A stretch of DNA of 64,000 bases from Candidatus Moraniibacteriota bacterium (GCA_049290235.1 JBATNG010000034.1:3686-67685); one strand, 5' to 3'; positions 46,055 to 56,658 are shown, counted from the stretch's first letter. The notes: a model not told the origin generated them from the letters alone. Numbers and translations are program-made.

Positions 46055-47317
46055 ATGGAAGTCTTTCGTATCCAAGGTGGAAAGCGGCTTGCCGGAGCTA
46101 TTCCCGTCTATGGTTTGAAGAACGCAGCGACGCCGATCATCGCGGCGACGCTCTTGTCTCGTGAGCGTTCGGTGCTCGAGAATATGCCGCGGATCGAGGA
46201 TGTGTTCCGCATGCTCGAAATCGTCGAGAGCCTGGGAGCGACGGTCGAGTGGCGAGGTGAGCGCACGGTCGCCATCACGCCCGCTGAGATTGACCCGGCG
46301 CGCGCTGACCAGGACAAGGTGAAGCGGCTCCGTTCGTCGATCTTGCTCCTCGGGTCGCTGTCGGCGCGCTTTGATCGATTTGAACTGCGACAACCGGGTG
46401 GCTGTGTCATCGGGGCGCGGCCGGTGGATACGCATGTCGATGCTTTGGCCAAGCTCGGTGTCGTCATCACGACAACCGAAAAGGGGTATGCGGTTGATGC
46501 GAGCGAACGTTGTCCTGGGAAGGTTGTCCTGAGAGAGATGTCGGTCACCGCGACCGAGAACGCGATGATGCTCGCAGCCCTCATTCCAGGACAAACGGTT
46601 ATCAAGATCGCGGCGTGTGAGCCGCATGTTGTCGACCTCGGACACTTCTTGGAGAAGATGGGTGCTCGAATTACTGGCCTCGGGACACATACGATCACGA
46701 TCATGGGGAAATCTGAACTCAGTGGTGCGACCCATGCCATCATACCGGATCACAATGAAGCCGCGACCTTCCTCGCTCTGGGTGCGGCAACAGGGAGTGA
46801 GATCACCGTCGAGCACGCACGCGAAGATGATCTCGATATCGTTTTGGAAAAGTTGAAAGAATTCGGTGCAAGTTTCACGATCACTCCAGATGCTATCACC
46901 ATTCATCCAGCACAGCCGCTTCGGGCCGTAACGAAAATTGATACGCGGCCATACCCGGGCATCCCGACGGATATCCAGGCACCGCTGGCCGTATTGGCGA
47001 CGCAAGCTGAGGGGGAGACGCTCATTTTTGATACGATGTTCGAAGGCCGCTTTAATTATGTAGCGGAGCTCGAAAAAATGGGGGCAAAGCTGACGGTGCT
47101 CAATCCCCATCAGGTACTCGTTCATGGGCCAATCGCTCTCAAGGGTACGGTGATCAAGAGCTACGACCTGCGGGCCGGGGCATCGCTCATCATCGCGGCG
47201 CTCGCGGCGTCAGGCGAGACGATTATCGAGGATATCTATCAAGTCGATCGTGGCTATGAAGCGATCGAAGAACGCCTCTCGGCAATCGGTGCGAGTATCA
47301 TCCGCGAGACGAGATAA
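46055..47317 (+). CDS. murA: UDP-N-acetylglucosamine 1-carboxyvinyltransferase
   Basis: 'FRIQGGKRLAGAIPVYGLKNAATPIIAATLL', EPT fold. Confidence 0.9.
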   Translation: MEVFRIQGGKRLAGAIPVYGLKNAATPIIAATLLSRERSVLENMPRIEDVFRMLEIVESLGATVEWRGERTVAITPAEIDPARADQDKVKRLRSSILLLGSLSARFDRFELRQPGGCVIGARPVDTHVDALAKLGVVITTTEKGYAVDASERCPGKVVLREMSVTATENAMMLAALIPGQTVIKIAACEPHVVDLGHFLEKMGARITGLGTHTITIMGKSELSGATHAIIPDHNEAATFLALGAATGSEITVEHAREDDLDIVLEKLKEFGASFTITPDAITIHPAQPLRAVTKIDTRPYPGIPTDIQAPLAVLATQAEGETLIFDTMFEGRFNYVAELEKMGAKLTVLNPHQVLVHGPIALKGTVIKSYDLRAGASLIIAALAASGETIIEDIYQVDRGYEAIEERLSAIGASIIRETR

Positions 47318-47329
47318 CCACGATACTGT

Positions 47330-48343
47330 ATGCAGTGGCTGATTCGGAAAATCGGTATCGATTTGGGGACGGCGAATACGCTCGTGTTTGTGCCGGGCGA
47401 GGGGGTCGTCATCAATGAACCCTCGGTCGTCGCTATTTCCCTTTTTGAGAACAAAGTCCTCGCTGTCGGCAATGAAGCCAAAGAGATGCTCGGACGCACG
47501 CCGGATACGATTGTCGCCAGTCAGCCGCTCCGGGATGGAGCGATCGCTGATTATCGAGTGACTGAGGCGATGCTCAAGTACTTCATCAACCGGGTGATGG
47601 GCCGAGTGCGTTTCATCCGTCCCGAGGTTGTGCTTTCAGTCCCGGCGGGCATCACTTCGACTGAGCGGCGTGCGGTCGTCGATGCGGCGATGAAGGCGGG
47701 AGCCAAAGCGGCCTATGTCGTGAAAGAGCCTGTCCTCGCGGCGATCGGCGCAGGCATCCCAATTCACACCGCGCAGGGAAACATGATCATCAATATCGGC
47801 GGCGGGACGTCCGAGATCGCCATCATCTCGCTCGGGGGTATCGTCGCCTCGCACAGCGCTCGGGTCGGCGGGAACAAGATCGACCAAGCCATCAGCGACT
47901 ATATCAAGCGCAAGTACAGTCTGGCCATCGGCGACCGGACAGCCGAGGAAGTGAAGATCGGCATCGGTTCGGCGATCGCTCAGGTGAAAGAAGACCACAT
48001 GGAAGTGCGGGGCCGTGACCTGATGGGCGGGTTGCCAAAGACGATCACCTTGTCGTCGAACGAAGTGACGGAAGCGATCCAGGATGAACTGCGTGAGATC
48101 ATCCATGTCATCAAGCAGGTGCTCCAAGAGACGCCGCCAGAGCTCGCGTCGGATATCATGGACAAGGGCATGGTGCTCTCGGGCGGGACGGCGCAGCTGC
48201 GCTATCTCGACCAGCTCATCGCCAAGACCATCAATGTGCCGTGCTATGTCGCGGATGATCCGGCATTTTGTGTGGTGAAGGGGACGGGTATCGTCCTCGA
48301 AAATCTCGATACCTACAAGCGCAGCTTGATGCTTGGTAAATAA
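47330..48343 (+). CDS. mreB: Rod shape-determining protein MreB
   Basis: 'IGIDLGTANTLVFVPGEGVVINEPSVVA', actin fold. Confidence 0.9.
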   Translation: MQWLIRKIGIDLGTANTLVFVPGEGVVINEPSVVAISLFENKVLAVGNEAKEMLGRTPDTIVASQPLRDGAIADYRVTEAMLKYFINRVMGRVRFIRPEVVLSVPAGITSTERRAVVDAAMKAGAKAAYVVKEPVLAAIGAGIPIHTAQGNMIINIGGGTSEIAIISLGGIVASHSARVGGNKIDQAISDYIKRKYSLAIGDRTAEEVKIGIGSAIAQVKEDHMEVRGRDLMGGLPKTITLSSNEVTEAIQDELREIIHVIKQVLQETPPELASDIMDKGMVLSGGTAQLRYLDQLIAKTINVPCYVADDPAFCVVKGTGIVLENLDTYKRSLMLGK

Positions 48344-48382
48344 CGAACAACGAACAACCGACAACGTACAACAAAATTCAGA

Positions 48383-49549
48383 ATGGGGTTGAGGTTGTTG
48401 GCGGTAAGTTATAAGTTGTCGGTTATGAAAATTGGTATTGATGCTTCGCGGGCCTTCCTTCGTCGTCGGACGGGGATAGAGGAGTACAGTTATCAGGTCA
48501 TCCGTCATCTCCGAGCGGAGCTTCGGGATCAGACGGTGGTTCTCTATGTCCGGAAGAAACTTGAAATCCGAAACTCGAAACTCGAAATGACGGTGCCGGA
48601 TATTGATTTCGACCTCCCGCCGGAGTGGCAGGTGAAGGGCTTGTGGGCACCGCGCTTCTGGACGCAAATTCGACTCTCGCTCGAGATGCTCTGCCATGCG
48701 CCGGACGTGCTCTTTGTCCCAGCTCATACGGTTCCGCTCATCCATCCTCGGAAAACAGTGGTCACGGTTCACGGGCTCGAGTATGAATTTTCGCCTGAGA
48801 GCTATGGGTTCTGGGAGCGGCTCTATATGCGCTGGTCAATCCGGTTTTCGGTGCGAGTGGCTGACCGGGTGATCGCCGTTTCCGAAAATACCAAACGCGA
48901 TCTGATGCGGCTGTACGCTGTGCCAGAGAAAAAGATCCAGGTTATTTACGAAGGTTTGAGTCAACCTACAACCTACAACCTACAACCTACGACCGAAAGC
49001 GAGCCCCCATACTTTTTATTTATCGGTCGTTTGGAGACGCGGAAGAATATCGTGCGGATGATCGAGGCGTTTGAGATATTCAAAGCGAAGACAGGTCTAG
49101 CCCATACGCTCGTCCTCGCCGGTAAACCGGGTTTCGGATACGAGGCGATTCGCTACAAGCTACAAGCTACAAGCTACAAGCAAGATATTCATGAGCTCGG
49201 GTACGTGAGCGAAGAAGAGAAGTGGGAATTATTGAAAGATGCTGAAATATTCCTGTTCCCGTCGCTGTACGAGGGTTTCGGCTTGCCAGTGATCGAAGCA
49301 CAGAGTGTCGGTGTGCCGGTCATTACTGCCAATACATCATCACTCCCGGAGGTGGCGGGGGAGGGCGCGGTCCTGGTGAACCCGCTCGACTCAGGCGAGA
49401 TAGCCGAGGCGATGGAGATGCTGGTCACCGACCCCGAGAAACGGGCTGATATAATAGAAGAAGCGACCCGGAATGTGGATCGCTTCGGTTGGGCGCAGTG
49501 CGCCAAGGGGGTGGCTCAGGCGGTTGGACGACCCTCGTTATCGGGATAA
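48383..49549 (+). CDS. Family 4 (GT-B) glycosyltransferase containing two in-frame heptanucleotide tracts
   Basis: C-terminal 'FLFPSLYEGFGLPVIEAQSVGVPVITANTSSLPEVAG'. Repeat tracts at 48963-48990 and 49153-49180. Confidence 0.8.
   Translation: MGLRLLAVSYKLSVMKIGIDASRAFLRRRTGIEEYSYQVIRHLRAELRDQTVVLYVRKKLEIRNSKLEMTVPDIDFDLPPEWQVKGLWAPRFWTQIRLSLEMLCHAPDVLFVPAHTVPLIHPRKTVVTVHGLEYEFSPESYGFWERLYMRWSIRFSVRVADRVIAVSENTKRDLMRLYAVPEKKIQVIYEGLSQPTTYNLQPTTESEPPYFLFIGRLETRKNIVRMIEAFEIFKAKTGLAHTLVLAGKPGFGYEAIRYKLQATSYKQDIHELGYVSEEEKWELLKDAEIFLFPSLYEGFGLPVIEAQSVGVPVITANTSSLPEVAGEGAVLVNPLDSGEIAEAMEMLVTDPEKRADIIEEATRNVDRFGWAQCAKGVAQAVGRPSLSG
48963..48990 (+). repeat. (AACCTAC)x4 heptanucleotide tandem repeat inside the GT4 gene
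   Basis: Perfect 4 x 7 nt; encodes PTTYNLQPT. Confidence 0.9.
49153..49180 (+). repeat. (GCTACAA)x4 heptanucleotide tandem repeat inside the same GT4 gene
   Basis: Perfect 4 x 7 nt; encodes YKLQATSYK. Confidence 0.9.
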
Positions 49550-49785
49550 CGAATCTCTGAGAGACTGGTCCCGAGGTCGTGCTCATAGAGTCGCCGGATG
49601 GCATTGAGCTCAAATGATATGATCTCCAATGCCTCGGTTCCCCTGATGGCTCGTGTTTTGGACTCCCTAACCGCTTTGTCAATGAGAGAGCCAATCAACC
49701 ATGCGTTCAAGAGAGCGAATCCGACGAAAGCCAGGAGGAAAAGAAAAAGAACCAGGAGGAGAGAATTGAAGAAATAGTCGGACAT
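49516..49785 (-). CDS. Small single-TM hypothetical protein (convergent with and overlapping the GT4 3' end); uncertain
   Basis: 'MSDYFFNSLLLVLFLFLLAFVGFALL' TM helix. Confidence 0.3.
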   Translation of the reverse strand: MSDYFFNSLLLVLFLFLLAFVGFALLNAWLIGSLIDKAVRESKTRAIRGTEALEIISFELNAIRRLYEHDLGTSLSEIRYPDNEGRPTA

Positions 49786-49888
49786 GGTTATGTCTCCTAG
49801 ACGAAGGTTAATGGGGTTGGTAAGGTTGTTCGCGGATTTACGAACACTGTATAATAGCATAGAAATATCATAAAGTCAAGGATACGAT

Positions 49889-51028
49889 ATGGGCGAAAAT
49901 AAGCCACAAAAGATACCATCGGCGGAGCCGAAAAGAATAGCTCTGGCGCATGATTTTCTCCTCGCGTGGGGCGGAGCAGAACGGACGTTCAAGGTGCTCG
50001 CGGAGGCGTACCCAGAGGCGCCTATTTATACTTTGCTCGCTGACCCGGCTTTTGTCGCGCAGCACTTCCCGGGGCGCGAGATCCGCACTTCATTCCTCCA
50101 GAAATTCCCGGCTTGGCTCCGCCGGCGGCATCGCTGGCTTTTGCCCCTGTATGCGATCGCGGTCGAGGCGATTGACCTGCGAGACTTCCCGTTCGTCATC
50201 TCTTCCTCGGGGGCATGGATGAAGGGGCTCGTGACCCGGCTCCATACGCGGCATATCGCCTATCTCCATTCGCCCATGCGCTATGTCTGGGATAGTCAGG
50301 AGCGGTACCTGCGTGAGATCGGCCGCGAGCGGAATTTGCCGCTGCGGATATTCTTGTCATACCTGCGTGTCTGGGATCGTCAGTCAGCCGAGCGTCCGGA
50401 TACGTTGCTTGTCAATTCGGATTTTACTCGGCGGCGAGTCGAAAAGTACTATCGGCGCGATTCGACGGTCGTGTATCCCCCAGCGAATGTCCTTCAGGAA
50501 CGAGAGCCGGTGGAAGCCGCCGCGAAAAAGGAATACTTTCTCATCGTCGCGCGGCTCACGCGGTCCAAGCGTGTCGATCGGGTGATCGAGGCCTTCAATC
50601 GTCTCGAGTTGCCGCTCATGGTCATCGGAACGGGTCCAGAGGAGCAGGTACTGCGTGAACTGGCGGGACCGACGATTCGGTTTGCGGGAGCGGCGAGCGA
50701 TCGGGCGCTGGCTTTAGCCTACAGTCACGCGCGTGCCATCATCCAGCCAAGCGAGGAAGACTTCGGTCTCGTTGTCGCCGAGGCGCTGTCCTTTGGTGTC
50801 CCGGCGATCGCGCTCTCGAGTGGGGCGGCCACTGAACTCGTCGAACCAGGCATCACGGGCGAGCTGTACACTGGGAGTACGCCGGAGATGATTGCGGATG
50901 GTGTCCGACGATTCCTAGAACGAGAAAGGCTGTACCAGGCTGAAGCGCTGCGCCAACGGGCAAGCAGATATAGTCGTGAACAATTTCTCGCGGGTGTCCG
51001 GGCCGCAGTGGATCAATATCTGGCATAA
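49889..51028 (+). CDS. Family 4 (GT-B) glycosyltransferase
   Basis: 'EDFGLVVAEALSFGVPAIALSSGAATELV'. Confidence 0.8.
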   Translation: MGENKPQKIPSAEPKRIALAHDFLLAWGGAERTFKVLAEAYPEAPIYTLLADPAFVAQHFPGREIRTSFLQKFPAWLRRRHRWLLPLYAIAVEAIDLRDFPFVISSSGAWMKGLVTRLHTRHIAYLHSPMRYVWDSQERYLREIGRERNLPLRIFLSYLRVWDRQSAERPDTLLVNSDFTRRRVEKYYRRDSTVVYPPANVLQEREPVEAAAKKEYFLIVARLTRSKRVDRVIEAFNRLELPLMVIGTGPEEQVLRELAGPTIRFAGAASDRALALAYSHARAIIQPSEEDFGLVVAEALSFGVPAIALSSGAATELVEPGITGELYTGSTPEMIADGVRRFLERERLYQAEALRQRASRYSREQFLAGVRAAVDQYLA

Positions 51029-51042
51029 AACGATCAACATAT

Positions 51043-51909
51043 ATGGATATCTGCGGGCACGAGACGATACGAGCGAGACTCCGCCGGATGGCCGACTCAG
51101 CTGTCATGCCGCAGAGCTTTCTCTTTGCCGGACCACGCCAACTCGGGAAATTCCTCGTCGCGCTCGAATTCGCACAGAAGCTGTCGGGAGCACAAGGTTC
51201 GGCGGAAGATGTGACGGGTGACGTGCTCGTTATCGGAAGACGGGAGCGATCGGATGACAAGGCATCGAAAGCCGCCGGACTGTCGGTCAGCGATATCCGC
51301 CATGCCGAAGCTTTCCTCTCGCGTTTCCCTGGAGGAGGGAAGTACCGAGTCGTCATCATCGATGAAGCGGATCAGTTGACGCACGCTGCCGAGAACGCGC
51401 TATTGAAAATTCTGGAAGAACCGAATTCGACGTCGGTCATCATCCTCGTGACGCATGTGCCGGGGCGATTGTTGCCGACCGTTCGATCGCGGTTGTTTAC
51501 CGTGGCTTTTGCTCCGCTCGCGCCGGAAGAACTGCAATCTCATTTCCCGAAGGTCGATGTACCGGACTTCTTTTTTTCGCTTGGGCTTCCGGGACTCATC
51601 GAAGAGGCGGCCGTCGATCCGATGGCATTTGCGCAGAAGAAAGAGCTGCTGCGGGGATTGTTCCGGCTCTCGCGACTCACTTGGGCCGAGCGGCTATCGC
51701 TCGCCGAACGGTTGGCGAGCCAGTCAGACGATCTCCCGGGACTTTTGGAACTGTGGCTGATCGGCTTGGAACGGCAGCGAGGTGAGCAGGCGATGCAGTC
51801 AGTCGCTTTTGTCACGTTTCTCGATCGCGTCCTCGAGACACTGGATCAGGTTTCGCAGAGAGAAGGGAATCCGCGGCTCATGCTGGAAAGACTGTTTACG
51901 TATGCCTAG
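51043..51909 (+). CDS. holB: DNA polymerase III delta' subunit
   Basis: 'FLFAGPRQLGK', 'VVIIDEADQLTHAAENALLKILEEP', 'PTVRSRLF'. Confidence 0.8.
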   Translation: MDICGHETIRARLRRMADSAVMPQSFLFAGPRQLGKFLVALEFAQKLSGAQGSAEDVTGDVLVIGRRERSDDKASKAAGLSVSDIRHAEAFLSRFPGGGKYRVVIIDEADQLTHAAENALLKILEEPNSTSVIILVTHVPGRLLPTVRSRLFTVAFAPLAPEELQSHFPKVDVPDFFFSLGLPGLIEEAAVDPMAFAQKKELLRGLFRLSRLTWAERLSLAERLASQSDDLPGLLELWLIGLERQRGEQAMQSVAFVTFLDRVLETLDQVSQREGNPRLMLERLFTYA

Positions 51910-52072
51910 AGCCTATCTCAGAGTTCTCTTTCCTACTTACCGGCAGGCAGGCGTCGCGAACGTTCAGTATTGCGAGCGAACATTATGAAAAACGAGGAGG
52001 AAATAGGAGCGTTATTGTGACGAGTTTTGAGAAATGTGCAGCTGAATATGGAATTTTGAGATAAGTTCGAGT

Positions 52073-53026
52073 ATGTTCAAACGGAAAAATTCGGGCCGAT
52101 CGAAAATGTTCGAAGACGCGATGCTCGCTCGCAAGGGGAAACCGCTCCGTCGTCGCATCCCTGCGAGCAGTTCACCGTCGCCCAGGTGGATCTCGCTTCT
52201 ACTTTGGTTGGCCTTTGCGCTCGTCGGTGGGTATATCCTCTTTTTTTCACCAGCACTTCATATCCAGGAGATATCGGTTGAGGGCGAGAGTATCATCCCG
52301 TTCGCTGAATACCAAACGGCGGCGGAGACTGAAATGACTGGGACGTATTTCAGTTGGCTGTCAAAACGCAATTTTTTTCTTGTCCCGTCGGCAGCTATCG
52401 AACGTGCACTCCTTGATCGTTTTCCACTCCTCTCTCAACTTTCTGTCGAGCGGCGGTTTCCTGATCGCATCACACTGCGTCTGACAGAGCGCCCGGTGAT
52501 TCTGCACTGGTGTGCCGGCGGTCCGTGCTATGGCGTGCGGGACGGCCGAGCAGTCGTTATCGGACAGGCGGATGAGAGTCGGTATGCGACGGTCAGACTC
52601 TCAGTCATCGACGGGAGCGCTTTACCGGTGAATCTTGGGGAGTCTATCCCTGTCGATCAGTATCTCGAGACATTTCGAATCGTCCATGAACAGTTGCCGA
52701 AGATCGTCACGGGCACGGTCGACCGTGAGGCAGTGACTCCTTCGCGCCACTCAGGGGAATTGGTACTCTCGCTGGAGGAGGGCTGGCGATTGACCCTCTC
52801 GGTCGAGCGTCCACCCGAGGAAAGTCTGGGGATGCTGAAAATATTTTTGGACGAATATGTGCGCGGTGGCAAGGAACGTTCCCAACTCGCGTCCGTCGAT
52901 CTCAGAGTTGAAGGAAAGGTTTTTTATGCTGAGCGTGGCGGGTCGACCGCAGAGGCAGTGGTCCCCACGACGACCGATCCAGAAGAAAAGCCAGTCTTGA
53001 AGAAAAAGAAAAAGAGCAGTGAGTAG
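52073..53026 (+). CDS. FtsQ/DivIB-like cell-division protein (single TM plus POTRA-like domain)
   Basis: Basic N-terminus, TM 'WISLLLWLAFALVGGYILFF', then 'IQEISVEGESIIPFAEYQ'. Confidence 0.5.
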   Translation: MFKRKNSGRSKMFEDAMLARKGKPLRRRIPASSSPSPRWISLLLWLAFALVGGYILFFSPALHIQEISVEGESIIPFAEYQTAAETEMTGTYFSWLSKRNFFLVPSAAIERALLDRFPLLSQLSVERRFPDRITLRLTERPVILHWCAGGPCYGVRDGRAVVIGQADESRYATVRLSVIDGSALPVNLGESIPVDQYLETFRIVHEQLPKIVTGTVDREAVTPSRHSGELVLSLEEGWRLTLSVERPPEESLGMLKIFLDEYVRGGKERSQLASVDLRVEGKVFYAERGGSTAEAVVPTTTDPEEKPVLKKKKKSSE

Positions 53027-53050
53027 TCGCTCTTTTCCTTAGACATCTGC

Positions 53051-55003
53051 TTACCGCGATGATTCGGCTCGAGCGGAGATTTCCTCGGCGCTGATATAGT
53101 ACACGAAGATGGAATCGCCGACACGGAAGTCGGGCTTCCGACCACGCAGCCAGTTATAAGAGAGTTCGCCGGGCTCGAGGGGTTTGTACCAGTTCTCTTG
53201 GAGGAAACCAATCGAGAGACCGTACCAGCCGGCTTCGGGTGCGAGGTGTGAATGCCATCCCTGGTGGTACTGTCCGAGCTGCCACGCCGGGTTGGACCCG
53301 CCGAAGTAATCGACCCGGATGGTATCGATTGTCTGGTCTTTGGGGGTGGCCATCGCACGGAACGGTTCGCACAGCGGTGTCTCGAATTGTTTTTCGACAC
53401 ATTGGTTGTAGTTATCCACGAAACCGCGGAGGCGTCGGAGGTCTTGACCCCAATCATAGTTCGAGTCAGTCACATACTGGTAACCGTTTTCATGTCCACC
53501 ACCGATGATATTGAAGTACGAGAGGTAGCTCGGGTAGGACCAGACAGGGATAGCGATGATCGAGAAGGTCGCGCAGGCCAGGAAAATACGGAGCGTCCGA
53601 TGCGTTGCAGGGTGTTCGTTCTCGCGCTTCAGTATATCGAAGACCACCTTGGCGACGAGGACATAGAGGAAGGGGAGAATCGGGAAGAGGTGGCGGTAGC
53701 CGATATTGAGATTGCCGGTGATGCTGACGTAGCTATAGAAGAGGACAAAGAACACCATCAAGTACTGCGTGATTCGTTCGCGAAATGACGTCGCGATGAC
53801 GGAGAGGAGACTGACGCCGTCTCGCTGGACGAGTGAGCGAGCGATGCGATAGAGGGCATAGAGCGATGTCGTGACGAGGAGGAAGAGCATCGGCAGAGTC
53901 TCTTTCAGGACGAAGACGACGGGGAAATAGAGCGAGGAGGCTTGCTTGGAGACTTCACCGAGGAAGTAGAACGTATTGCCGCCGGCGACCCGGGCGAACA
54001 CCATGAAAACCCCGAGGAAGTATTCGGCGAACGGTTTCAGCAGAGCTGAGCTGCTCATGGCGATGACGCTGGTCTCGGCGAGGCGGCCAATGAGTTTGGT
54101 GTTCGGGAATTGCGCCCGCGCGATTTCGGCGATGACTTCACCCGGCATTTGCGCGGTATTGAAGAAGTACAGGATCCAGATCGCGATGAAACAGACGACG
54201 ACGCTCCCCATGTACTTCAGACCGTAGAAGAAGGCGTTTTTCAGTCGACGTTTCCAAGCACCTGGGACGGTTTCGACGGTGAGCGCGAGTCCATAGAGCA
54301 CGGCAAACATTCCAAAAATCGGGAAGAGCAGCACCGCTGAGAACTTCGCGAGTTGGGCGAGGCCGAGAAAGAGTCCGGACCAGAAAATGTTCTGCGGACT
54401 CGGATTTTTCAGGAAACGAACGAAGAAGTAGAAGGCAAAGAACATGAAGGCGGCGATGCCAATATCGGTCGTGACGTAGTGACTGTGACCGATGATATTC
54501 GGATCGAAGAAGTAGAGGAGGGCAGCAAAGAGACCGGCAACGGTTCCTGCCAACTCTTTGGTCCAGCGGAAAATGAAGAAGCCGAGGAGAAGCGAAACGA
54601 GAATGAAGGGGAAGCGCGCCCAAAAGGTCACGAGATTGGCATCGTTGCCGTTTTGGTGGAGGAGTTTGTCGCCGAATGCCCACTGCGCGAGGCCCCAGGT
54701 CCGGGCTGGTCCCTCCGGGAACGTGGAGAGATCAAGCCAATCACCACTTTCCCATAAGGGATCGCTCTTGGGCATGGCGGGATTGAGTGGGAGGAGAGCG
54801 AGTCCGGCCAAATCTTTCAAGAGAGGCGGGTGTTCGGGATTGATGCGCATGTCCTGATACTGCACGTAGCTGTAGCCGGCGGGGATATGTGCCTTTTCAT
54901 CCATCGTGGTCGACTCCTGATAGGAGATCAAGATGGAGAGAGCAAAAAAAGCGACCATCATGAGGGCGAGGCACTGCGGTGCGAGACGTTTCAAGTTTTC
55001 CAT
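53051..55003 (-). CDS. GT-C membrane glycosyltransferase (GT39/PMT-like)
   Basis: First-loop 'TTMDEKAHIPAGYSY...EHPPLLKDLAG' (DE motif plus HPPL) and at least 10 TM helices. Confidence 0.7.
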   Translation of the reverse strand: MENLKRLAPQCLALMMVAFFALSILISYQESTTMDEKAHIPAGYSYVQYQDMRINPEHPPLLKDLAGLALLPLNPAMPKSDPLWESGDWLDLSTFPEGPARTWGLAQWAFGDKLLHQNGNDANLVTFWARFPFILVSLLLGFFIFRWTKELAGTVAGLFAALLYFFDPNIIGHSHYVTTDIGIAAFMFFAFYFFVRFLKNPSPQNIFWSGLFLGLAQLAKFSAVLLFPIFGMFAVLYGLALTVETVPGAWKRRLKNAFFYGLKYMGSVVVCFIAIWILYFFNTAQMPGEVIAEIARAQFPNTKLIGRLAETSVIAMSSSALLKPFAEYFLGVFMVFARVAGGNTFYFLGEVSKQASSLYFPVVFVLKETLPMLFLLVTTSLYALYRIARSLVQRDGVSLLSVIATSFRERITQYLMVFFVLFYSYVSITGNLNIGYRHLFPILPFLYVLVAKVVFDILKRENEHPATHRTLRIFLACATFSIIAIPVWSYPSYLSYFNIIGGGHENGYQYVTDSNYDWGQDLRRLRGFVDNYNQCVEKQFETPLCEPFRAMATPKDQTIDTIRVDYFGGSNPAWQLGQYHQGWHSHLAPEAGWYGLSIGFLQENWYKPLEPGELSYNWLRGRKPDFRVGDSIFVYYISAEEISARAESSR

Positions 55004-55038
55004 AACACGTCGATGATTGGGTGAATTAGAGGAGATGT

Positions 55039-56658
55039 CTAGGAAGGGAAGCGGAGGACAGTGAATTCGCTCGTCGTACCGGGGTAGAGATCGATCTGTT
55101 CCACTCGGACGTTCGGTCGCAGTTTCTTCAAACGCTCGATGATCGACTCATCCCGATGCATCAGGATGATGAGGCTATTCTTGGTCCGGATGTTGGTCTC
55201 GGGTGTCAGGTAGACGAGATTCTCGATCTTGCCGGCGGTGAGGAACTTGATCGGTTGGGCAGAAACCGGGAGTCCATCCTCCATGATTCGCCCACCACCG
55301 TTGGTGACGATGTATTTCATCGTGTCGTCTGGCAGGCTCATTGCATAGACGGCCATATTGCGGAAGTTCTGATTGAAGGCCCCGTGTTGGTTCGGGTTGT
55401 GGTTGAAGAAGACGAAGTACTTGGTCAGATTGAAAGCCGCGCCGAAGAAAATCCCGAAGGCAAGGAGTGAATACAGTGCGACGCGGCTGCTAGCGAGCGA
55501 GAGACGGGCGCGGTTCACGACCCAGATGATGGGGATGAGGGCGATGAGGTAGACGGGCATCTGGGTGCCGATGGCCCGCAGTGCATGCGGGAGGCCTTCT
55601 TCAGTCAGAAATTCGGGCATGAGCATGACGAAGAAGGCTGAGAGGAGAAACCAGTTGCGGACCAAACGTTCGTCTCGGAGCTTCTCACGGAAGCGGAGGC
55701 CGATGAGCTTGACCGTCTCCCAGATGATATACAGGAAACCCGTGAGGAAAAACGCTCCCGTCACGGGATCGAGGATCGGGTAGGGCGGATAATTGTGTCG
55801 CCAGTTTTGATCGCCCCAGAAATTGTATTTGATCAGAGAGAGACCAAAGGTTTTGCCAAATGTGCCCCAGAAGTCACCCTTATTGATATCGGGGGAAAAG
55901 ATGGAGACGGCTCCGGTGCGCGAAGAGAAGTGATCGGGGTGGATATAAAAATCATAGAACATTGGTGCGGCCGTGATGAATGCCCCGAGGAGAAACGTGA
56001 GTCCATGCTTCCAGTAGCGGGCGAGGAAGCGCTCATAGGTGAGAAGGAGAGCGGGGAGGAGTGCGATCAGGATGAGCGGCGCGAGTCGGAATGCGACATA
56101 GGTGTGGAGACCGGTACCGAGGAAGAGGCCGGCCACGAGGAAGTCACGGAGTCGATTGGTCCGGAGCCCGCGGAAAAAGAAATAGAAAGAAAAGGTGAGG
56201 AGGAACGTCACCATGATCGCCCGGAAGCCGATCCGCGAGAAGTTGATGGCCCAGTAACTGGTGGCGAGGAGAAAAGCGGCGATCAGGGCATACAATCGGC
56301 GCGCGAAAAGTTCTCGCGCGAGGAGGAATATCCCGAAAACGGCGAGCGTCCCGAAAACGACGGACCAAAACTTCAGGACGGGCACGGTATTGCCGAAGTA
56401 TTTGACGGCCAGTGCCTGGAGATTGATGAAGAGCCCTTCGCGGCCGTAGTTGTTCGTATAGAGGAGGCGGTAGTTGCCGGTCTCATTAGCGAGGAGCGCG
56501 TCGGTGCCATTAGTTGCCTCGTCCGGATAGAGGCCAGCGGGCAGCGAATCGAGGTGATAGACCCGGACGAACAGGGCGAGGACGAGGATCGCGAATAAAA
56601 TACAGGGAACCACGCGCTCGGTCCATCGCTTGTCCGGGTGTGCAGTATCAGACAACAT
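55039..56658 (-). CDS. GT-C membrane glycosyltransferase (ArnT/GT83-like)
   Basis: 'AGLYPDEATNG' DE motif after TM1; polytopic. Confidence 0.7.
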   Translation of the reverse strand: MLSDTAHPDKRWTERVVPCILFAILVLALFVRVYHLDSLPAGLYPDEATNGTDALLANETGNYRLLYTNNYGREGLFINLQALAVKYFGNTVPVLKFWSVVFGTLAVFGIFLLARELFARRLYALIAAFLLATSYWAINFSRIGFRAIMVTFLLTFSFYFFFRGLRTNRLRDFLVAGLFLGTGLHTYVAFRLAPLILIALLPALLLTYERFLARYWKHGLTFLLGAFITAAPMFYDFYIHPDHFSSRTGAVSIFSPDINKGDFWGTFGKTFGLSLIKYNFWGDQNWRHNYPPYPILDPVTGAFFLTGFLYIIWETVKLIGLRFREKLRDERLVRNWFLLSAFFVMLMPEFLTEEGLPHALRAIGTQMPVYLIALIPIIWVVNRARLSLASSRVALYSLLAFGIFFGAAFNLTKYFVFFNHNPNQHGAFNQNFRNMAVYAMSLPDDTMKYIVTNGGGRIMEDGLPVSAQPIKFLTAGKIENLVYLTPETNIRTKNSLIILMHRDESIIERLKKLRPNVRVEQIDLYPGTTSEFTVLRFPS

